Of a DNA stretch of 61,599 nt, positions 23,153 through 29,893 are shown piece by piece (positions within the stretch are counted from its first letter, which is position 1; each line of letters starts with the position of its first letter). A program made the position numbers and the translations under genes. The stretch lies in IMG/VR virus record IMGVR_UViG_3300027908_000007, one strand, 5' to 3'. Below the pieces are notes generated by a model. That model did not search any database and was not told the origin of the DNA. It saw only the letters and a list, made by a program, of their open reading frames with translations. Origin of the DNA: a virus.

Positions 23153-25440
23153 ACTACATCCCTCGCAGTGCCGCCCGCTCCATGATCCGAGCCGAGCAGA
23201 AACGCCAGGTACGCTCTGCCATCAGAGGCACAGCCACCGGCGAGAAGATCATGGGAGCCCTGATGCCCGGCAGGGGCTACGCCTTCCCTGGGGGATGGTC
23301 GCAGGACCGCATAGCCCAAGTCCAGCACATGAAGGACTGGACAGGAGTTTGCATTGACAAGCTGGCCTCTCTCTGTGCTCAGCTAGTGCCTAACTGTGCA
23401 GCTGTAGTGGTGGGCAATCCCAAGAGTAGGCAGAAGGGCTATAGCCCCTATCGGCAGCAGCTTGACGGTCTGGCCACGGGCGTCCGCAAGATTCAGCGGT
23501 ATGACTGTGCTGGATATAGTTTCTCGAATCATCCCTATCACGCCAAGGCCCTGGGGGTAATCAAGCCAGAGGAAGAGCTAGAACCGCTTGCGTCCCGGCA
23601 TCCGTTACGCAGGCTAATAGAGTCTCCCAACGATTGGGACACGCAGTACGATCACGACTATGAACTGGTGATGTTTCAGTATCTCTGTGGTGTGGCCTAC
23701 GATTGGGCAGTGCCAGAATCGTACCACTGGGAGGATCACAAGGACTTCAGCACGCCGGTAGCCGATGGGCCGTTTGGTGATTATCCGCAAGAGTTGTGGT
23801 GCATACCGTCTCACTGGGTATGGCCGCGTAGTTCTGGTGGATCACTCGTCAGCCCAGAGCATCCTAATGCTGACAAGCTAATCGAGTACTACGAGATACG
23901 TCCTTGGGGTGGATTGGGCACGGCAGGGGTTATCAGAATCCCGCCAGAGCAGATTGTGCGGTACGCCTTCAAGTCGCCTATTAACAAGGTTGACGGCTGG
24001 GCACGCACGCAGATGGGGGCAGCATGGATCGACACGGACGATAGTATAGCTACCTGCCAGCGGTCGATGATGACCAACGGGATCTATCCCAGCTTTTGGC
24101 TGGAGATGGGCGAAGGATTCTCGGATCTGACGGACGACCAGGTAGACCGGGTAGAGGCGAAGATCTATGCCAAGCTCGGAGGGGAGAATCGGTTTGGGAG
24201 GCCGTTCATATCCTCTCAGGGGACCAAGCCTCATCCGCTGGTGTTTCCGCCGAATCAGTATGCCTTTGCTGACTCAGGGGACCAGTCGCGTAACAGGATC
24301 ATCGCCCTGTTTGGTCTTAACCTTCCAGTGCTGGGCATGAGCGAATCCCAGACGTTTGGGTCGGTGCTGGCAAACCTCATGTCGGTGTCGGTGCATACGC
24401 TGAAGCCGCTACTAACGGCGAATGGGCAGACCAAGACGAAGTTCCTGGCACGGTACTTCTCGACGCCACAGCGGCCGCTGAAGGTTTGGTACGACGACCC
24501 GACGCCGATAGATCCGCAGCAATTGAATCTTGATATTTCATGCGACGTGGCGTCCGGGTCGATAGTTCCGAATGAAATAAGGCTTCTGAGAGGACGCCCG
24601 CCATACGAGCACGGAGGAGACGACCCAATTCTGCCGATGGGCAGCATTCCCATGCCCCTCAACACTGGCCAAGACCTCAGCGACCTCGCGGAACTGGTGC
24701 CCTTGCTCGGGAGGCAAGAGAACCCGGCCGCAGAGGAAGAAGAAGCCGAAGCTGGGCTGGGGAGTCCGCAGGTGGAGGAGCCGAATGGCGGGCCGTCTAA
24801 ACGATGGGGAGGCAGGCTCAAGGGATTCAACGAATCCGACCACCCGCGAGGCCAACCGGACAATGCCGGCCAGTTTGGTCCCGCCTCTGGGGTTCCAGAG
24901 TCTTCGAGCGGCAAGCGTCAACCCAAGGAAGACGATCCGGTTAACGGATACTTGGGAGCCTTCAAGGAAGACAAGACGACGGAACCCAAGGAGATGGTCA
25001 AGGAAGCCCGCCAGGCCAATGCTGAACTACGCGACGAAGATTCCAAGTTTCGCATCGTCCCGGATGGCAAGGGAGGCTGGGATGCCAAGCACGTCAACGA
25101 CATTATCGACGACTTCGGTTCTAAGATATGGACTATTCGCGTCCATCCCTTGACAGGTATGCCCGATGCCGGAGATCCAGATTACTTCAAGGACATGGAC
25201 AATCTGGCAGGAGACAGGAGCAGTCAGTCGTATGTTCAAGCGTTCAATGATCCAAACGCGACTAAGGCCACTCAAGAAGACGCAGACAACGCCAATGCCG
25301 AACTAGCCGAAGAAGGCAGCAAGTACAAGCTGGTATTTAGCGACGAGTACGACCTCTGGATAGCAGAACCAGCCAAGCCACAGAAGTCCTACGGCCCTCG
25401 CTCCGCTCTACCCAAGTTCAGCACCAACGGAGTACACTGA
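23149..25440 (+). CDS. portal protein with a ~250-aa C-terminal extension
   Basis: 763-aa ORF downstream of the terminase in canonical position. Its C-terminal third is acidic/low-complexity and carries the DHPRGQPDNAGQFGPASGVP motif. Portal identity rests on position and size only. Confidence 0.65.
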   Translation: MNYIPRSAARSMIRAEQKRQVRSAIRGTATGEKIMGALMPGRGYAFPGGWSQDRIAQVQHMKDWTGVCIDKLASLCAQLVPNCAAVVVGNPKSRQKGYSPYRQQLDGLATGVRKIQRYDCAGYSFSNHPYHAKALGVIKPEEELEPLASRHPLRRLIESPNDWDTQYDHDYELVMFQYLCGVAYDWAVPESYHWEDHKDFSTPVADGPFGDYPQELWCIPSHWVWPRSSGGSLVSPEHPNADKLIEYYEIRPWGGLGTAGVIRIPPEQIVRYAFKSPINKVDGWARTQMGAAWIDTDDSIATCQRSMMTNGIYPSFWLEMGEGFSDLTDDQVDRVEAKIYAKLGGENRFGRPFISSQGTKPHPLVFPPNQYAFADSGDQSRNRIIALFGLNLPVLGMSESQTFGSVLANLMSVSVHTLKPLLTANGQTKTKFLARYFSTPQRPLKVWYDDPTPIDPQQLNLDISCDVASGSIVPNEIRLLRGRPPYEHGGDDPILPMGSIPMPLNTGQDLSDLAELVPLLGRQENPAAEEEEAEAGLGSPQVEEPNGGPSKRWGGRLKGFNESDHPRGQPDNAGQFGPASGVPESSSGKRQPKEDDPVNGYLGAFKEDKTTEPKEMVKEARQANAELRDEDSKFRIVPDGKGGWDAKHVNDIIDDFGSKIWTIRVHPLTGMPDAGDPDYFKDMDNLAGDRSSQSYVQAFNDPNATKATQEDADNANAELAEEGSKYKLVFSDEYDLWIAEPAKPQKSYGPRSALPKFSTNGVH

Positions 25441-25568
25441 TGCGTAATCCCATAGACATGCTGATCGGTATAATCCTGTTCGGTGCTCCAGAGGTAGCGG
25501 AGTACTTCTGGCCGGTGGTGTCGTTTGTACTGGCGTTTGTTTTGGTCATTACGTGGTTGCTGAGGTGA
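25440..25568 (+). CDS. small membrane peptide (42 aa)
   Basis: Hand translation MRNPIDMLIGIILFGAPEVAEYFWPVVSFVLAFVLVITWLLR; TGATG junction to the portal. Confidence 0.4.
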   Translation: MRNPIDMLIGIILFGAPEVAEYFWPVVSFVLAFVLVITWLLR

Positions 25569-25572
25569 GACA

Positions 25573-25875
25573 ATGTTAGATCGTAGGCAGGCTCTATCTG
25601 GATTAGCGGCGTTGGTTGGTACGGGAGCAGTTTCTTTTGCTGGCCTTGAGCCAGAGAAGTTCAAGCGAGTTTTTCGGTACGACGGACATGGATGGCGAGA
25701 GATAGCTTGGGAGGACATGAAGCCAGGCGACGAAGTAATACTCATGGAAATCGGCGAATCTATTGCAGACAAAACTTACCTAACTGTCGATCTGCTCACG
25801 GTCGGAAAGATTGACGGACCGATTCAGATAAGTGTTGCTAAACTGCAAAACCTCACGCCGATCTACGGCAAATAA
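25573..25875 (+). CDS. small protein with a twin-arginine-like signal peptide
   Basis: MLDRRQALSGLAALVGTGAVSFAG N-terminus (RR + hydrophobic + AxA-like). Confidence 0.5.
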   Translation: MLDRRQALSGLAALVGTGAVSFAGLEPEKFKRVFRYDGHGWREIAWEDMKPGDEVILMEIGESIADKTYLTVDLLTVGKIDGPIQISVAKLQNLTPIYGK

Positions 25876-25877
25876 TC

Positions 25878-26138
25878 ATGGCCAAGATCCACTCCCGTTG
25901 CGAGCGGTGCAAGCGATTCGCCAGTCTGGCCAACGTAACGGTCTACGTGCCGCCTGGGACGCTGAAGGTGGCTAGGGTTTGTGCTGGCTGCGAATCAATC
26001 GTGCGTAATCTAAACGGCAAGTTAAGGCAGATGGTCACGAAAGGGGAACTCTGTGCAAGCGTACAAAAATCCGACGTTCGTAGCACCGGATCGGCGTTAC
26101 AAGCTGATGAAGGTGTCACCGGAACTATTGCTGGTTAA
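25878..26138 (+). CDS. small zinc-ribbon protein
   Basis: CERCKR ... CAGCE pairs. The 3' end overlaps the next ORF by 86 nt. Confidence 0.45.
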   Translation: MAKIHSRCERCKRFASLANVTVYVPPGTLKVARVCAGCESIVRNLNGKLRQMVTKGELCASVQKSDVRSTGSALQADEGVTGTIAG

Positions 26139-26673
26139 TCTGTTCAACGGCAGTATTTCCAGGGACTTTCCTGACGGTAACGTGTTGATCCAAACCGTCA
26201 GCCACGACATGCCAGAAGGCACACAGATCGAGGCCGTGACGTTCGACGACTATAGCCGATGTTTCATGTTCCGATTGTGGCGTGCGGACTGGCCGGAAAT
26301 AGCGGAAGCGGCACACATACCTGATATCAACGTCACGTTCACGAGCCGGGATTTTACGCTGACTCCAGAAGCAAGCGGGATGTGGAGCAGTCATCCATCG
26401 TTCTGGCTGGAACTTGGCGAGAAGATGAACAGCCCAGAAACCGAAGCTAGGATCAAGGAGCTCGAAGCGAAGATCATGGCTAGCATCAACGCAGGAAATG
26501 CCGGTAAGCCGTTTGTTGCTCCTCCAGGGATCAAACTAGCCGACATCAAGGATATGTACGCCAAGCTACAGTTTACGCAGACAAGCCAGGAGATTGGCAA
26601 TACTGGAGACATCAGGTTGCTAGCTCCTGAAAGCGAAGAGACACGCAAGGTAAATTTCAGGGAGTTTTTATGA
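26053..26673 (+). CDS. hypothetical head-module protein, paralog family A (C-terminus KVNFREFL)
   Basis: GTG 26053 follows AAGGGGA. The C-terminal ~70 aa align with the 26670..27269 product. Confidence 0.55.
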   Translation: MQAYKNPTFVAPDRRYKLMKVSPELLLVNLFNGSISRDFPDGNVLIQTVSHDMPEGTQIEAVTFDDYSRCFMFRLWRADWPEIAEAAHIPDINVTFTSRDFTLTPEASGMWSSHPSFWLELGEKMNSPETEARIKELEAKIMASINAGNAGKPFVAPPGIKLADIKDMYAKLQFTQTSQEIGNTGDIRLLAPESEETRKVNFREFL

Positions 26674-27269
26674 GCGAACTAACCGAAGCCAAGCTTGAGT
26701 ACAGCATCCACAGCGACATGAGTGGAGTACATTTATTGCTCCGCAAGCGTGACACCATAGACCGCGAACGCGGCTTTGTGGGCGAGAAGCTCCCTATCCG
26801 CCGCGAGGACTTGGATACGCTCAAGACGGCGATACGGCAGTTCTTTGGGGATGAGGTTTGGCCAGAAGCGTGCTTGCAAGTCAATATCGCTTCTGGGGAG
26901 CCCATTCCGCCAGTCACCGCCAAGGCAATTCAGGACATGTACGTGAAGATGCAGCCTGGATTAATCAATCACGGAGCAGGGACGTGCAGTCACTGGCAAC
27001 CAGAAGCCAGCCAACCTGGAGAACCGTATAAGGCATGCGATAGGGAAGTCGTGGGCGGAATGAGGATTCCCGACGAACTCTTGCCTGCGATAGCGGCATC
27101 TATGAGTGAGCAAACCGACCAGCCCACACTAAACGGCATGCCGCTAGTGTTCACGCACAAGATTTGCCAGTTTGGCAACGGAGAGGAATTACGGCTGGTG
27201 GGGCCATCCAAAGTTAGCGAGCCTAGTGTCCCAGAGGCAGGCAAGGTCAACTTCAGGGAGTTCCTATGA
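26670..27269 (+). CDS. hypothetical head-module protein, paralog family A (C-terminus KVNFREFL)
   Basis: 199-aa ORF with an ATGA junction. Shares IQDMYVKMQ and KVNFREFL with 26053..26673, and an N-terminal LKTAIRQFFGDEVW motif with 27266..27466. Confidence 0.6.
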   Translation: MSELTEAKLEYSIHSDMSGVHLLLRKRDTIDRERGFVGEKLPIRREDLDTLKTAIRQFFGDEVWPEACLQVNIASGEPIPPVTAKAIQDMYVKMQPGLINHGAGTCSHWQPEASQPGEPYKACDREVVGGMRIPDELLPAIAASMSEQTDQPTLNGMPLVFTHKICQFGNGEELRLVGPSKVSEPSVPEAGKVNFREFL

Positions 27270-27466
27270 CGATTGTCAAGAGTTCCAAAATAACGATCCA
27301 AGGAGAGAAAGGAACCGTCAATATATCCTGGGACAGACGCACGGCAGATACCGTAGACGTTGGCCAGATAATTTTGAAAGCCGGAGACTTGGCATCGTTG
27401 CGTAAGGCCATTCGGATAGCGTTTGGCGAAGACGCTTGGCTAACTGAGGAAGACCTCAAGATATGA
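27266..27466 (+). CDS. small protein related to the N-terminus of 26670..27269
   Basis: 66 aa; LRKAIRIAFGEDAW aligns with LKTAIRQFFGDEVW. Confidence 0.5.
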   Translation: MTIVKSSKITIQGEKGTVNISWDRRTADTVDVGQIILKAGDLASLRKAIRIAFGEDAWLTEEDLKI

Positions 27467-28296
27467 CAGCTCTCCTCCAACCAGCCAGCCTCTACCCGCT
27501 GATAATGCGACTTCGGCACATACTGGCGATGCAGCGTGCCGACGTGATGATGCGTCTGCCGGCAGCGATACGCTCTGGTCAGCCGATCTCCCTGGAGCAT
27601 TGGACTAAGCCAATGGCCGACGTGCTAGTTCACGTCATGGGGCCTTACTGGCAGCAAGGATTGCTACGCGGCAGGCGGGAGGTTGCGAGGGTCTTGGATG
27701 GGAGGCCGCTGCCGAGCGTGGCACCGGAGATAGTCGAAAGGAGCATGCGTCAGAAGACGCAACCTAGATATTCCAAGGCGTTGCTGCGAGAGAGAAAGAA
27801 GGACTTCGCGTTGGCCATGTCATCGCCGCGTACCTTCAACTTGCACAATCCGTCGGTTTTGGAAGCCATCGACCGTGCAACTTTTCTCTTCTGCGACACC
27901 ACTAATGCGACCGCGACTCGGGACTTGAATGAAGCCATAGCCAAGCTCCGAATCGAGATTGACCAGGGCGTAGAGGCCGGCGAATCGTTTCGAGACCTTG
28001 GCGATAGAGTGCGGACGCTTTTCGATACGCCGAGAGCGGCACTCATCGCGACACAGGAAAGCTCGCGTGCCCTCAATGGCGGAAGCCTGATTGCCTACGA
28101 GAAGGCTCAATGTGAAGGGTCGGCGTGGTTGGCAAGTACGGCACCATGCCCTATTTGCTGGGATCTCGATGGAGAGGAAAGGCCGTTTGGTGTGCCGTTC
28201 TACGTCGACCCTCGCGGCGGACCCTATGCTACCTGGTATTTTCCTCCAGGGCATCCGTGGTGTTACTGTACGTCAACGCCAGTGCTTGCTCTTTAG
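27463..28296 (+). CDS. MuF / SPP1 gp7-like head morphogenesis protein
   Basis: C-terminal pattern CPICWDLDGE...FPPGHPWCYC, matching the PPxHPNCRC hallmark of the family. Confidence 0.7.
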   Translation: MTALLQPASLYPLIMRLRHILAMQRADVMMRLPAAIRSGQPISLEHWTKPMADVLVHVMGPYWQQGLLRGRREVARVLDGRPLPSVAPEIVERSMRQKTQPRYSKALLRERKKDFALAMSSPRTFNLHNPSVLEAIDRATFLFCDTTNATATRDLNEAIAKLRIEIDQGVEAGESFRDLGDRVRTLFDTPRAALIATQESSRALNGGSLIAYEKAQCEGSAWLASTAPCPICWDLDGEERPFGVPFYVDPRGGPYATWYFPPGHPWCYCTSTPVLAL

Positions 28297-28377
28297 CCAG
28301 TCAGGGATATAATCAACGCGGGCCAGACGTTGTCGCGTCCAGCCCGCAACAATCACCAGCTTTTAGGGAGCCGGATC

Positions 28378-28566
28378 ATGTCTGAAGACAAAATACCAAG
28401 TTTACGCGAGAGTGTCGCACGTTTGCGTCTGCCTCAATCTGAATCTAATTCAGTAGACCGCGTGGCGACATGGTTCGCAATCGTGGCTGGTTGCACCGGA
28501 TTGCTGTTTTTGGCTTCAGTGTCGATTCTGATGCTGGCCTTGGCTTATAAGGTGATATTGGAATGA
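28378..28566 (+). CDS. small membrane protein
   Basis: ATG 28378 follows GGGAG; TM segment WFAIVAGCTGLLFLASVSILMLALAY. Confidence 0.5.
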   Translation: MSEDKIPSLRESVARLRLPQSESNSVDRVATWFAIVAGCTGLLFLASVSILMLALAYKVILE

Positions 28567-28751
28567 ACATTTCCAAAAGAATCGAGAGGGCTGAGAAAAT
28601 AGCTTGCAGCGAACAATGCGAGACATGCAAGCGTTTCACACTATCCAAAATCAATCTAGAAGTAGACCTTGATGGTGCGGTTAAAGTCCAAACTAAGTGC
28701 GAGCATTGCGGACGGCAAGACGTTTTCACATATAGAAATCTCGGAGCGTAA
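28563..28751 (+). CDS. small zinc-ribbon protein
   Basis: CSEQCETC ... CEHCG; ATGA junction. Confidence 0.5.
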   Translation: MNISKRIERAEKIACSEQCETCKRFTLSKINLEVDLDGAVKVQTKCEHCGRQDVFTYRNLGA

Positions 28752-28755
28752 TGTC

Positions 28756-29010
28756 ATGCACACAACCCAGTCCAACCACAACGCCGGTAACGTGGTCAAC
28801 TCTGTCATGACTGATGAGCAAGCGACGGTGCTGGCTGAGATAATTGCAGAAACAACTCTTGCTGTGCGGCACAATAGACCTAGTGAGTCTGGGACTATTA
28901 TTGAGGTCAGGACTGGCGATGAATCAGACAGAGACACGGCTCAATGGCTTGGCGGGTGGACGCGGGCAGGATTCGAGAACTTGGTTAAGCGGATCTTGAT
29001 GGAGGGGTGA
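28756..29010 (+). CDS. hypothetical protein
   Basis: ORF 28669..29010 trimmed to ATG 28756. Confidence 0.45.
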   Translation: MHTTQSNHNAGNVVNSVMTDEQATVLAEIIAETTLAVRHNRPSESGTIIEVRTGDESDRDTAQWLGGWTRAGFENLVKRILMEG

Positions 29011-29196
29011 ATGGCGAGCAATGGGATGACCAAAGAATTCGTGGACATGATTTACAAGCTCTACGGCAACTCTTCGGCCGTCAACATCCTTTTGAGCAGG
29101 CTCGTCAAAAAATATGGCGACGAGTCAGACAAGAGGGACTACGAATCGCTGATGAAGGAGCGTGACGAAATAGCCGCTGATCTATTTGGAGGCTGA
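29011..29196 (+). CDS. hypothetical protein
   Basis: 61-aa ORF starting directly after the upstream stop. Confidence 0.5.
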   Translation: MASNGMTKEFVDMIYKLYGNSSAVNILLSRLVKKYGDESDKRDYESLMKERDEIAADLFGG

Positions 29197-29200
29197 GCCC

Positions 29201-29362
29201 ATGCCCCGCTGTCGCGAGAACCGCCGAGCCAGACTGAGACGCAGGCGGAAGCATGAGGATAGGTTGGCTATCCCTCCGATGGAGCGGACGATACGGAAAA
29301 TGTTCAGGCAGGCGGCTCGCTGGTACAAGCACTACGCTTTTGAAGTCGGAGTAAGGCCATGA
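29201..29362 (+). CDS. small arginine-rich protein (53 aa)
   Basis: Hand translation MPRCRENRRARLRRRRKHEDRLAIPPMERTIRKMFRQAARWYKHYAFEVGVRP; ATGA junction downstream. Confidence 0.4.
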   Translation: MPRCRENRRARLRRRRKHEDRLAIPPMERTIRKMFRQAARWYKHYAFEVGVRP

Positions 29363-29631
29363 ATTTGCGATGTCCTTTATGCAGAGAAGAACTTACGAGC
29401 ACTGGAGATTTTTGTGGAGAGCCAGTGTTTGCTCAGGCGTGTAGCTGCAAGCTTGCTGAACCTAGAAATATTGTCTTTCGTGGGCACCATTTAACAATAG
29501 TTCGGGACCGAGCGTATTGGGAAACTATTTTCAACAATTCTCCGGCTTGGTGGCTAGCTGTCAATAATCCTGGCAAAATGGAATGGAAGGGCGGAATCTG
29601 GCAGTGCGTAGACATGGATGATTCAGTTTGA
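29359..29631 (+). CDS. small Cys-containing protein
   Basis: 90-aa ORF beginning MNLRCPLCREEL. Confidence 0.5.
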   Translation: MNLRCPLCREELTSTGDFCGEPVFAQACSCKLAEPRNIVFRGHHLTIVRDRAYWETIFNNSPAWWLAVNNPGKMEWKGGIWQCVDMDDSV

Positions 29632-29668
29632 CTTTCCTCTTGCATTTACTCACTCCCATGCCTAGCCT

Positions 29669-29893
29669 TTGAGCATGGGACAATCCATCGATAAACCCGA
29701 CAAGTCAGACTGGTCGGCTCTGGAGACGGACTGTCTCCAGTCAGTCAAGCCTGTCGTTACGTCTACGCCAGATGAGCCAGTGTTGCCTCTAGGCGAGAAG
29801 ATAGTCATGATTGCAGCTACCCGGAGAGATGGGCCTATGCCGGGCTTGCCTCAGACTGCATCGGACGTGCATACGCAGCCGGGGGCGGAATGA
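29669..29893 (+). CDS. hypothetical protein
   Basis: TTG 29669 or ATG 29675; ATGA junction to the protease fusion. Confidence 0.4.
   Translation: MSMGQSIDKPDKSDWSALETDCLQSVKPVVTSTPDEPVLPLGEKIVMIAATRRDGPMPGLPQTASDVHTQPGAE

Noticed and set aside
24255-24914. 219-aa and 127-aa minus-strand ORFs inside the portal gene
   Set aside because: They are antisense to the portal C-terminal extension, have low-complexity Ser/Pro/Gly composition, and have no coupled start.
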